From positions 10,685 through 74,684 of the forward strand of contig CAXFSR010000049.1 in assembly GCA_964005815.1 (NCBI GenBank): a DNA stretch of 64,000 nt, written 5' to 3'. Of this stretch, positions 20,137-29,926 are shown piece by piece. Source of the DNA: an uncultured Nitrospinaceae bacterium (GTDB lineage: Bacteria; UBA8248). Position numbers and translations under genes: made by a program. Each line of letters starts with the position of its first letter. Positions within the stretch are counted from its first letter, which is position 1. The notes below the pieces were generated by a model. That model did not search any database. It had not been told where the DNA came from and saw only the letters and a list, made by a program, of their open reading frames with translations.

Positions 20137-21114
20137 TTAAAAATTTCTATCAACAACAAAATCAGCCAAATAAATAAGGGACTCCAAGTATTCAGATTCT
20201 TTCATAATAGATAAAGATGATTTTGCTCTTTCTGCGTATTCTTTTGCCAAATTTCTTGTATAAGAAACTGATTCAAACTCTTCCATTAATCCAAGTACAA
20301 AACTTAAATCCTCTTCATGAAGTTCTTCCGATTCTAAAATAATTTTTTTAAGTCTTTCTTTACGAGTCTCGTCAATCCTAGACAAGAGATGTAAGAGAGG
20401 TAGAGTTATATTACCATCAGTTAAATCGTTTCCAATCTTCTTTCCAGTCTTATTTTCATCGCCCATATAATCTAATGCATCATCGATTAACTGAAATGAA
20501 AATCCTATATTCTTACCATAGGAATTAAGAGACTCAATGACACAATCAGGAGAATCGCTTAAAATTGCACCTAACTTACAACTAGCAGCTATTAAAGCTG
20601 CAGTCTTTCTAAAAACAACTTTTAGATACTCCTCTTCTGTTATATCTGTATTATAAAGATTTATAAGCTGCAACACTTCGCCCTCAGAGAGTAGAGTACA
20701 CGCCTCGGACATTGTTTTCATAATTCGAGTATCCTTTTCAGAGGACATAAGTTCAAAACTCTTTGCAAAAAGAAAATCACCCACTAGAACGCTTGCCTCA
20801 TTCCCCCATTTTGAGTTTGCAGATGGATTTCCTCTTCTTACATCTGCATCGTCTACAACATCATCATGCAATAATGTCGCAGTATGAATAAACTCTACAA
20901 CACAACTGTGTTTAATAGCTTTTTTCCCTCTATATCCACAGGCTCTAGATGAAAGAAGAAGTAGTAATGGACGTATTCTCTTTCCACCTGAGGAACTCAA
21001 ATATTCACTGACATCAGGTATTAAAACTACATCAGAGTGGAAATTTTTCTTGATCTCTTTCTCAACTTCCTCTAGGTCAGAAGAAAGTGAATTTGTGATT
21101 TCTGAAAAAATCAA
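20137..21114 (-). CDS. ispB: Long-chain (octaprenyl/heptaprenyl) diphosphate synthase
   Basis: GGKRIRP, EFIHTATLLHDDVVDDADVRRG, VLVGDFL, GEVLQL, FQLIDDALDY, TLPLL. Confidence 0.9.
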   Translation of the reverse strand: MIFSEITNSLSSDLEEVEKEIKKNFHSDVVLIPDVSEYLSSSGGKRIRPLLLLLSSRACGYRGKKAIKHSCVVEFIHTATLLHDDVVDDADVRRGNPSANSKWGNEASVLVGDFLFAKSFELMSSEKDTRIMKTMSEACTLLSEGEVLQLINLYNTDITEEEYLKVVFRKTAALIAASCKLGAILSDSPDCVIESLNSYGKNIGFSFQLIDDALDYMGDENKTGKKIGNDLTDGNITLPLLHLLSRIDETRKERLKKIILESEELHEEDLSFVLGLMEEFESVSYTRNLAKEYAERAKSSLSIMKESEYLESLIYLADFVVDRNF

Positions 21115-21296
21115 ATGAATGACCCTTCTTTAAAAAACAATCTATGGCATCGAAACCGTATGCTATCGTAGTAGTTTGTATATAATAAAAACAATTACAA
21201 AAAAAAAATTAACCCTATTGCCGAAAACAACGAAATATCATACTAAATTGTCTTATTAAATCATAAGGCATTAAAAGAAAGAATTATTTTATAGAG

Positions 21297-22532
21297 ATGA
21301 AAATGGAAACATTAGCAAAAGAAAAAAGTGAAAAATATAACTATGTATTGGTTCACTATAATGAAATAGGCATAAAAGGGAAAAATCGCTATAAATTTAT
21401 TGACCTTCTCATCGACAGAATACGGAAATCATTAAATATATATGGCAAAATAATTGTAAAGAAAAAAACAGGCAGAATTTTAGTTGAATATGACTCAAAA
21501 ATCTCATGGAATAAAATAGAAAAAAGCTTATCTACCTGCTTTGGTATCGCATATTTTTCTAAGACTTACAAAAGTCCGATAAATCTTCCATTAGTAAAAG
21601 ATAAAATTTCAAAATTAATTTCTGACAAAGAAATACAGACTTTCAAAGTTCGAACAAGAAAAAGTTTTAAGAATATACCAATAAGTACAAAAGAATGGGA
21701 CAAAGAAATTGGGTCTCATGTCCAGTCAGAACGTCATTTGCCTGTTGAACTGAAAGAAGACAACTTTACAATTTATATTGAAGTAATTCCAAATGAAGTT
21801 TACATATATTTTAAAAAAATATCCGGTTCAGGTGGTCTTCCACAGGGAATAAGTGGTCATATGACTAGTCTTCTTTCGGGAGGAATTGATTCACCTGTAG
21901 CATCATGGAGAATGATGAAAAGAGGTTGCGAGGTAATATTCGTTCATTTTCATGGAGCTCCTTTTTTGAGCCGCGTTTCTGCAGAAAAAGCCTTAGACCT
22001 TGCAGAAATTTTGAACGAATACCAGATAAATAGTAAAGTTTATCTGGTTCCCTTTGGGGAACTTCAAAAACAAATTGTTCTTTCAACCAAGCCGGAACAC
22101 AGGGTTATTCTATACCGTCGTTTCATGCTTCGTATTGCTGAGTTAATTTCTAACAAAGAAAAAGTGTCTTCTCTGATTACAGGTGAAAGTTTAGGTCAGG
22201 TTGCAAGTCAAACACTTTCCAATATTTCAACTATTCAAAATGCTGTAGAGATGCCAATTTTAAGACCTTTAATCGGTATGGATAAAGAAGAAATAATAAA
22301 ACAAGCAAAAAAAATTAACACTTTCGAAATTTCGATTGAACCTGATCAAGACTGTTGTACCTTATTCGTACCCAAACACCCCGCAGTCCGATCTAAACTC
22401 TTTGTTATTGAAAAAATCGAAAGTCAACTTCCGATAGAAGATATGATAAAAACAGTTCTTGAAAAAACTGAAATCTATATTCTAGAAAAAGGCAAAAAAA
22501 AGACTAAAATTCAACCAAATGAAATAGATTAA
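21297..22532 (+). CDS. thiI: tRNA 4-thiouridine synthase ThiI (no C-terminal rhodanese domain)
   Basis: YNEIGIKGKNR, THUMP domain, PP-loop SGGIDS, GESLGQVASQT, RPLIGMDKEEI, DCC. Confidence 0.94.
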   Translation: MKMETLAKEKSEKYNYVLVHYNEIGIKGKNRYKFIDLLIDRIRKSLNIYGKIIVKKKTGRILVEYDSKISWNKIEKSLSTCFGIAYFSKTYKSPINLPLVKDKISKLISDKEIQTFKVRTRKSFKNIPISTKEWDKEIGSHVQSERHLPVELKEDNFTIYIEVIPNEVYIYFKKISGSGGLPQGISGHMTSLLSGGIDSPVASWRMMKRGCEVIFVHFHGAPFLSRVSAEKALDLAEILNEYQINSKVYLVPFGELQKQIVLSTKPEHRVILYRRFMLRIAELISNKEKVSSLITGESLGQVASQTLSNISTIQNAVEMPILRPLIGMDKEEIIKQAKKINTFEISIEPDQDCCTLFVPKHPAVRSKLFVIEKIESQLPIEDMIKTVLEKTEIYILEKGKKKTKIQPNEID

Positions 22533-23440
22533 TTCACATCAATTAGCTGTTTAAGAGCCTCTGCAGGCAAGGGTTCGCAAGACATACAATTCTGTTTCGC
22601 TTGCTCTTCAGTTCTAATTCCAGGAATAACACAAGAAACATCAGGGTTAGAAACACAAAAACGTATTGCTGTCTCTGCAGGGGAAATACCTAATTGACTT
22701 GATATGTTTCTCAATTTATTTAATTTACTTTGAAATTTTCTTATATTGTCCGCACTTAAAATTCTACTTCTTCTATCTCCTTCAACAAATTCAAATGTTT
22801 CATCTATTCTTCCTGACAAAAAACCTCTCTTAAGTGGAACCCTTGAAATTATTCCAACATTCGCAGATTTTGCCCTAGAAAAAGCTTCTGTAGCTTCTTG
22901 GCTAATAATATTATATTCCATTTGTAAACAAGCAGCAGTCCCCTGCTCTGTTACATAATCACATTCTTCTTTTGTATTTACAGAAACACCCCAATGAGCA
23001 ATTTTTCCATCTTGTTTAGCTTTGTCCAGTAGAGCATAACTATCTTCTGCCATCATATTATCAATAGTTGGATTATGCAGTTGATAATAATCAATTCTAT
23101 CGACACCCAACCTTTTCAGACTTGCTTCAAGGCAATTTCCTATATATTCAGGAGTATAGTTATATTCTCCTGTTACCATATTGTTGCCACCCTTAGTAAA
23201 AACAAGAATATCTTCATTATCTTTTCTTTCTTTCAAAAATTTTCCTATCACAGACTCACTATGTCCTTGCCCATACGCGTCGGAAGTATCAATAAAATTC
23301 ATTCCATTGTCTATAGATGCGTGAAGAGCACGATTACTCTCTGAATCATCTACAGGTCCGTAAATCTCCCCTATAGTCATAGCACCAAAACCTATAACCG
23401 TTACTTCCAAACCAGTTGATCCAAGAATACGCTTTTCCAT
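22529..23440 (-). CDS. Aldo/keto reductase
   Basis: RILGSTGLEVT, FIDTSDAYG (D,Y), TKG (K), QLHNP (H), VIPG. Confidence 0.93.
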   Translation of the reverse strand: MEKRILGSTGLEVTVIGFGAMTIGEIYGPVDDSESNRALHASIDNGMNFIDTSDAYGQGHSESVIGKFLKERKDNEDILVFTKGGNNMVTGEYNYTPEYIGNCLEASLKRLGVDRIDYYQLHNPTIDNMMAEDSYALLDKAKQDGKIAHWGVSVNTKEECDYVTEQGTAACLQMEYNIISQEATEAFSRAKSANVGIISRVPLKRGFLSGRIDETFEFVEGDRRSRILSADNIRKFQSKLNKLRNISSQLGISPAETAIRFCVSNPDVSCVIPGIRTEEQAKQNCMSCEPLPAEALKQLIDVN

Positions 23441-23684
23441 CTCTTCCCTCCAAAGAAATACGGTTAATTGTAAAGATAGACTGTAAAGGCAAGTTTTTTA
23501 CACTAATTTACTCTATAGTATAAAAAATCACACAAAACACCAATAATTGAAATATTTTAATTTCAAAAATAGATAGGAAAATTTCTATTTTATTATATTG
23601 ATTCAATTTAGCTTTTTAACAATATCAGATACTATTTTTAATACCTAATAAAAACAGCCTAATAGACAAAAGGGGATAAAACTC

Positions 23685-24110
23685 ATGCCTTACTATAATT
23701 TATATGGAATGGAGAAATTGAGAGAAAGTGAAACTCCTCTTGCCGAAATACAAAAAGTAAAAGGAGAATTTATGAAAACGGGTCTTGTCACTTACAATCA
23801 AGGTGGACACCCACGACCCCATTTCCATCCAAACGAAGAACAATTTGTTTTTATATTAGAGGGAAAAAGATATTCGATTCTAGGAGATGAAGAAAAAGTT
23901 GTAGGTCCAGGCGACCTGCTACACATCCCAAGAAATACTCGTCATTGTGCTATTACTCTAGATGAAAAATGTGTTGCATACGTTACTAAAAGTCCAGCTG
24001 GCACAGGTCATCTTGCTCAAGATTATAACGAATCTGACGATGCGGATGAGGTAGAAAAAAGGCTCCAAGAAAAACTTGAAGAATATAAGAAAACTGGGAC
24101 TATAAAGTAA
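23685..24110 (+). CDS. Cupin domain protein
   Basis: PHFHPNEEQFVFILEG...GPGDLLHIPRNTRH metal-binding cupin motifs. Confidence 0.88.
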   Translation: MPYYNLYGMEKLRESETPLAEIQKVKGEFMKTGLVTYNQGGHPRPHFHPNEEQFVFILEGKRYSILGDEEKVVGPGDLLHIPRNTRHCAITLDEKCVAYVTKSPAGTGHLAQDYNESDDADEVEKRLQEKLEEYKKTGTIK

Positions 24111-24136
24111 AAAACTATTTATATTGAAAGGGAAAA

Positions 24137-25783
24137 ATGAACTCTAATTTCATTCCAAACGATCCGGAAAGAGTCCGAAATATTTATCCATCAGTAACTC
24201 CTCAATGGCCTTTCAATCAACCCCCAAAGACCAGAGAAAGTTCTCAGCCCATATACAATATTCAATCTGATACAAACTTAAAAATTATGATGAGAGATGG
24301 CGTAAGAATAGCAGCAGATGTTTTCAGACCTAGTTCGAGTGGTCAAAAATTTCCCGCACTATTAGCAATTTCACCATATACTAAAGGGCTTCAATCTACG
24401 AACGTTCCGATTGCCCAAAACGAAGCAGGAATAACTGAGTTTTGGGTTCCAAGGGGCTATGCACATATAATTATTGACTCAAGAGGAACAAATGACTCAG
24501 AGGGAAAATTCGATAACAGAGGAGAAATAGAACAACAAGACTTTGTAGAATTAATATATTGGGCTGCAAATCAATCCTGGTGTGATGGAACCGTTGGGAT
24601 GGTAGGTTGCTCTTATTTTTCTTTAGTTCAACTTTTATCTGCAAAACACCAACCCGAACCACTAAAAGCAATCTTTCCTTATGATGCATGGACAGATAGA
24701 TACAGACACCTTTTTTATCCTGGAGGAATACCTCAAACCGGATATATGTGGATGTGGTTTTCTGCAATGTCAAACCTACATTTTAACAGTGGGAGATCAA
24801 ATGATTTATCAGGTCTAATAGAAATGATGGAAGAAGGCATGGGATTTGAAAATCCATTTGATGGAGAATTTCATTGGAAATCTTCACCTCAACCTTTTTT
24901 AAAACAAATTAAAATCCCGACATATTTAGGTTCTGACTGGTCATTTTACTGGGATCATCTACCTGGAGTCTTTGCTGGGTGGGAAGAAATTCAAGATCCA
25001 CCCAAAAGAATGCTAGTAGGTCCTAAACCTTCACCTTGGAGACCTTTTGCCGCATATCACCAAGAAACTTTACGTTGGTATGATCAATGGCTTAAAGGAA
25101 TGGATACGGGTGTTATGGATGGACCACCCATACAGCTTTTTATTCAAGGAACAAACAAATGGAGAGGAGAAAACGAGTGGCCTCTTAACAGAACAGAATG
25201 GAAAAAATTATATCTTGGAGGTCCTGATTCTGGATTAGAAGGAACCTTAACTGATTCAGAACAAAGTCAATCAGAAAGATCGTACATAAATGACCCTTTA
25301 TCATCTGAGTGGCGTTACGGACATCCTAGACTTATTTACAGAACAGAAGCATTATCTGAACCTATAGAAATCACAGGTCCTTTATCTCTTCATTTAGTAG
25401 CTCATTCAAGCGCAGAAGACGTAGATTGGATTGTTTATCTATTCGATGAATCTCCAGAGGGTACGGCCCGTTTATTAACAAGAGGTTGTCTACGTGCTTC
25501 TCACAGAGAAGTAGATGCCTCTAAATCAAAACCGGGAAGACCTTGGCATCCCCACGATAGAAAAATACTCCTCATACCCAATCAGACAGAAATTTTTGAG
25601 ATTGAGATAGTTCCAACCTCCAATATTTTTCTTAAAGATCACCGAATTCGACTAGAAATTTGTAGTTGTACCTCAGCTGTTAAACGTGTCGCATATTTAG
25701 ACACCTTAGCAGTAAAAGCAAAAAATACTGTTATAGAAGGACAAAATGGTTCATACTTATTTTATTCTTCGATTCCTTCTTGA
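24137..25783 (+). CDS. CocE/NonD family serine hydrolase (alpha/beta fold)
   Basis: MRDGVRIAADVFRP, SPY, DSRGT, GMVGCSYFS nucleophile elbow, C-terminal ITGP...RPWHPH...HRIRLEI jelly-roll. Confidence 0.9.
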   Translation: MNSNFIPNDPERVRNIYPSVTPQWPFNQPPKTRESSQPIYNIQSDTNLKIMMRDGVRIAADVFRPSSSGQKFPALLAISPYTKGLQSTNVPIAQNEAGITEFWVPRGYAHIIIDSRGTNDSEGKFDNRGEIEQQDFVELIYWAANQSWCDGTVGMVGCSYFSLVQLLSAKHQPEPLKAIFPYDAWTDRYRHLFYPGGIPQTGYMWMWFSAMSNLHFNSGRSNDLSGLIEMMEEGMGFENPFDGEFHWKSSPQPFLKQIKIPTYLGSDWSFYWDHLPGVFAGWEEIQDPPKRMLVGPKPSPWRPFAAYHQETLRWYDQWLKGMDTGVMDGPPIQLFIQGTNKWRGENEWPLNRTEWKKLYLGGPDSGLEGTLTDSEQSQSERSYINDPLSSEWRYGHPRLIYRTEALSEPIEITGPLSLHLVAHSSAEDVDWIVYLFDESPEGTARLLTRGCLRASHREVDASKSKPGRPWHPHDRKILLIPNQTEIFEIEIVPTSNIFLKDHRIRLEICSCTSAVKRVAYLDTLAVKAKNTVIEGQNGSYLFYSSIPS

Positions 25784-25792
25784 GGTTTTAAA

Positions 25793-27115
25793 ATGGAAGA
25801 AATTAAAAAAATAGCTTTAGAATTTATTGAAAGTCAAAAAGGAGAGGCAAAACAGATTTCTCGTGAGATTTGGAATTTTGCAGAAATAGCTCTAGAGGAA
25901 TTCAAAAGTTCCGAATTACTTGTTGAGATCCTTCAGCAATACGGATTTGACGTACAATACGGAATTGGGGATCTTCCAACTGCTTTTATTGCAACTTGGG
26001 GAGATTCTGGTCCAACTATTGGTATTTTAGGCGAATATGATGCACTCCCTCACTGCGGAAACCAACATGACAAAAATGGACACGGCTGTGGACACAATTT
26101 GTTTGGAACTGCGTGTGTTTACGCCGCAATTTCTATATCTAAAGCACTAGAAAGAACTAAAACACCAGGTAAAGTTGTTTGCTTTGGATGCCCCGCAGAA
26201 GAAACTCTAGAAGGAAAAGTCTATATGGCTCGTGATGGTGCATTTGAAGGATTAGACGCAGTACTAACATGGCATCCTCATTGGGCAAACTATGCTAGGG
26301 GTGGAAGTTCAAATGCAATGGACTCAATGGTTTTCGAATTTCATGGGAAAAGTTCGCATGCTGCAAGAGACCCATGGAATGGCAGAAGTGCATTAGATGG
26401 AATAGAAATCATGAACTACGGTGTCAATATGATGCGTGAACATATTATTGAAGAAGCAAGAATTCACTATGTAATAAGGGATGGAGGAGTCCAGCCAAAT
26501 GTAGTTCCTTCGTATTCACGAGTTTGGTATTACGTAAGAGCACCGAAACGCTCAATAGTAGATGAACTAAGTAGAAGGGTACGTCAATGCGCCCAAGCTG
26601 GCGCTATAGCTTCTGAAACAGAATTTAAGGAAACTCTTTTGACGGGAGTGTATGAAACTTTACCTAATTTAGCTCTTGCTAACTGTATACAAAGAAATCT
26701 TGAATTGGTAGGAGGACATAAATACAACAATGAAGAAAAAGATTTTGCCAAGGAATTAGGTTTCGAAGATCCCCTATTTGAAGAAATTCTTCCTTTAAAT
26801 TTAGAGCATACTCGTCCTAGTAATGAACGTGGCAATGTGAGCTGGCTTGCACCTCTTGGAAGTTTTTACACTGCATGCCACGCACCAGGAACCCCCGGTC
26901 ATCATTGGCTAGCCACCCAGCAATATGGAATGGAAATAGGAGAAAAAGGAATGGAAACCGCTGCAAAAACAATCGCCACATCTGCTTTAGAACTTATTTG
27001 CAATCCTGATGTTCTTAGTGAAGTTCAAAAAGAATTTAAAGAAAAAACAAAAGAATTTGTATATGACCCATTAGTACCAAAGGGACAAAAACCCAATCCT
27101 CTAGGGATCAGATAG
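25793..27115 (+). CDS. M20 family amidohydrolase (AbgB-like)
   Basis: GEYDALP, GHGCGHNLFG, GCPAEE, WHP, GRSALD, RIHYVI. Confidence 0.9.
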   Translation: MEEIKKIALEFIESQKGEAKQISREIWNFAEIALEEFKSSELLVEILQQYGFDVQYGIGDLPTAFIATWGDSGPTIGILGEYDALPHCGNQHDKNGHGCGHNLFGTACVYAAISISKALERTKTPGKVVCFGCPAEETLEGKVYMARDGAFEGLDAVLTWHPHWANYARGGSSNAMDSMVFEFHGKSSHAARDPWNGRSALDGIEIMNYGVNMMREHIIEEARIHYVIRDGGVQPNVVPSYSRVWYYVRAPKRSIVDELSRRVRQCAQAGAIASETEFKETLLTGVYETLPNLALANCIQRNLELVGGHKYNNEEKDFAKELGFEDPLFEEILPLNLEHTRPSNERGNVSWLAPLGSFYTACHAPGTPGHHWLATQQYGMEIGEKGMETAAKTIATSALELICNPDVLSEVQKEFKEKTKEFVYDPLVPKGQKPNPLGIR

Positions 27116-27132
27116 ACATTTTGAAAAAAACA

Positions 27133-27603
27133 TTAATGACATCCGCCTGTGATCCCACGCTTTAGAAAATAACTCTGATGATATTCTTCAGCAGGCCAAA
27201 AAGTAGTCGCTCTAGTTATCTCTGTTACAATTGGGTTAGAAAATTTTCCTGAATTATTCCATTTTTCGCGAGAAATTTGCGCTAATTTCTCTTCATCAAC
27301 CTCAGCAAAAAAGATAGCTGAGCGATATTGTTCTCCTATGTCAGGTCCTTGCCTATTTAACGTTGTAGGATCATGTAAATTCCAAAAACAATCTAGTAAC
27401 TCTTCATAAGTAATTATAGTAGGATCAAATTCAACCCTAACAGCCTCTGCATGACCTGTACTTGAATAACACACTTCTTCGTATGTCGGATTTTCTTTAC
27501 TCCCACCAATATATCCTACAGAAGTCTTTAAAACTCCATTTAAACTTTGAAAAGTAGACTCTACTCCCCAAAAACAACCAGCAGCAAAAATAGCAACAGA
27601 CAA
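27133..27603 (-). CDS. msrA: Peptide-methionine (S)-S-oxide reductase
   Basis: AAGCFWGVE, TGHAEAV, HDPTTLNRQGPDIGEQYRS, AEEYHQ. Start placed at TTG 27603 after GGAGG (track start 27618). Confidence 0.95.
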   Translation of the reverse strand: MSVAIFAAGCFWGVESTFQSLNGVLKTSVGYIGGSKENPTYEEVCYSSTGHAEAVRVEFDPTIITYEELLDCFWNLHDPTTLNRQGPDIGEQYRSAIFFAEVDEEKLAQISREKWNNSGKFSNPIVTEITRATTFWPAEEYHQSYFLKRGITGGCH

Positions 27604-27638
27604 TTTCAAAACCTCCAATTAAATTATTTTTTTGAAAA

Positions 27639-28730
27639 TTAAAGGTTAACCGTTATTTTTCTTTCTTTTCCTTCCACTACTTCTCCTATTATAGACGAAC
27701 AAGAAGAACCAGTAGAAATCAATTTTTGTATCATCTCCTCAGACCTTGAAGGTTCTACAGCAATTATCAAACCTCCAGAAGTTTGAGCATCGTTCAGAAC
27801 GGCAATCATATTTTGGTCTAATTTATCTGAATAAGAAACAAAAGAACTAGTCCACTCTCTATTTCTTTCTCCACCTCCAGCTGTACCTTGAATAGCGTGA
27901 GATAAAACTCCTTCAAAAAGAGGTATATCTGAAAATGAAATCTCAGCATCTAATCCACTTGCATCAAGTATATTGTGAAGGTGTCCTAAAAGTCCAAAAC
28001 CAGTTACGTCGGTACAAGCATTGACTGGAAATTTCAACATAACTTCGCTAGCGGTTTTGTTAAGAGTTTTCATTGAATTAATAGATTCCTCAAAAACACC
28101 TTCCTTTAATTTGTTATTTTTAGATTTAAGCACTCTTGAAATTTTTTTTATAGGACTAGTACTTTTGTTGAGATTCGTAATTATTCCCGTTCCTATTTTC
28201 TTTGTCAAAATCAATTTGTCTCCAGGTTTCGCCCCGCTATTTAAAATCATATCTTTAGGCTCTATAACCCCAGTTACAGCAATCCCGTACTTTGGTTCTT
28301 GATCATCTACACTATGACCACCTAAGATAACAGCCCCTGATTCGCGAACTTTCTCGGCTCCTCCGGAAAGGATCAAGCTTAATATATCCATTCCCAAATT
28401 ACACGGGAAAGACACTAAACTCAGAGCAGTAACCGGTCTAGCTCCTATCGTATAACAGTCACTAAGAGCATTTGCAGCAGCGATCTGTCCAAAATCAAAG
28501 GGGTCATCAACAATTGGAGTGAAAAAATCTACAGTCTGAACAATTGCCAAGTCTTCTCTTAATTTGTATACACCAGTGTCATCACAAGGATTTGTCCCAT
28601 AAATTAAATTTGGATCTACAAATGGTTCAAATCCTGACAGGGCTTTTCTGAGGTCCTCCGGACCAATTTTTGAACCTCAACCACCCGCTTTAACCATACT
28701 CGTCAAAAAAACTTTTTTTTCATTCTTCAT
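27639..28730 (-). CDS. selD: Selenide, water dikinase (selenophosphate synthetase), selenocysteine-containing (TGA 28679-28677)
   Basis: Reading from ATG 28730: MKNEKKVFLTSMVKAGG-TGA-GSKIGPEDL, in frame with the track ORF 27639..28550 (QTVDFFTPIVDDP, GGHS, TDVTGFGLLGH, DAQTSGGL). TGA occupies the G-G-C/U-x-x-K catalytic position. Confidence 0.95.
28652..28664 (-). promoter_or_regulatory. Candidate bacterial SECIS apical hairpin of selD
   Basis: Minus strand GGTCC-GGA-GGACC starts 12 nt after the in-frame TGA, with a G-initiated apical loop. Confidence 0.65.
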
Positions 28731-28913
28731 TAAATTAATCCCAAAAAAACATATACAAAAATATATTTTTATTATCGTAGAAAGGAAGCGATTAGAAAAC
28801 CACAAAAATTAAATACCATTCTATTTGCAAAAAAAAATCAAAAGAAATGTTTTTTTTTATTTAATCTTAGTAAAATCTATTTTGGAATTTTTCATATAAA
28901 CAAGGCAAAAAAA

Positions 28914-29882
28914 ATGAAAATTATCATATCTGACGATTATCAAAGAGCAATCGAATCTTTAGAATGTTTTCATAAAATTGCACATCACGATGTAGTCATT
29001 CATAACAATACTGTTTTTGAAACTGAAGATTTAGTTAAAAGATTTTATGAAGCAGAAGGAATTGTTCTCATAAGACAACGCACAAAGATTAATGAAGAAC
29101 TTCTATCAAAACTCCCAAACTTGAAAATTATCAGTGCAACTGGAGCGAATTATGCTGGTCACATAGATGTAGAAGCTTGTTCAAAATATAACGTAGCAGT
29201 TGCTGCAGGCGGAAGCGGAACACGTTCAACTTGTGAACTAGCCTGGGGACTGATAATTTCGAGCATGCGCTCTATTCCCAAAGAAGTTTCAAGCTTAAAA
29301 AATGGTGGATGGCAAAGTTCACTTGGTGAAGATTTAAATGGAAAAACAATCGGTATATATGCTTACGGAAAAATAGGAAGACAAATGGCACAAATTGCAA
29401 ATGCATTTAATATGAATGTTCTGATTTGGGGCAGAGAATCATCAATGGAAAAAGCACAAGAAGATGGATTCAACTTTGCAAAAAATAGAGAATATTTTTT
29501 TTCTACCTCAGATATTATAAGTATTCACCTGCCTTTAAAAAAAGAGACCGAAGGGATTATAACTTCAGAGGATCTTGCTCTCATGAAAACGAACTCTGTT
29601 TTCGTAAATACAAGTCGTGCAAAAATCATAAAATCAGGAGATTTAGAAAAAGCGCTCCTTGAAGGCAGGCCTGGATTTGCATGTGTCGATGTTTATGAAA
29701 AAGAACCAATCTACAATTCGCAAAATTCATTTATCCAAATGAAAAATACATTATGTACCCCTCACTTAGGATATGTTACTAGAGGAACATATGAAAAATA
29801 TTTTGGACTTGCTTTTGATCAAATAAACTCTTTTTGTGAAGGAAAACCGATTAATCTGGTAAACCCAGAAATTTTAAAATAG
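28914..29882 (+). CDS. D-2-hydroxyacid dehydrogenase family protein
   Basis: GKTIGIYAYGKIG, SIHLPL, NTSRA, DVYEKEP, TPHLGY. Confidence 0.92.
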   Translation: MKIIISDDYQRAIESLECFHKIAHHDVVIHNNTVFETEDLVKRFYEAEGIVLIRQRTKINEELLSKLPNLKIISATGANYAGHIDVEACSKYNVAVAAGGSGTRSTCELAWGLIISSMRSIPKEVSSLKNGGWQSSLGEDLNGKTIGIYAYGKIGRQMAQIANAFNMNVLIWGRESSMEKAQEDGFNFAKNREYFFSTSDIISIHLPLKKETEGIITSEDLALMKTNSVFVNTSRAKIIKSGDLEKALLEGRPGFACVDVYEKEPIYNSQNSFIQMKNTLCTPHLGYVTRGTYEKYFGLAFDQINSFCEGKPINLVNPEILK

Positions 29883-29926
29883 AATTAATATGAAAATATT
29901 TTCAATTTAACAGATAGGGGATCACC

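Noticed and set aside
27133..27618. MsrA as a possible selenoprotein because it neighbours selD
   Set aside because: The GCFWG motif carries an ordinary Cys codon and there is no in-frame TGA.
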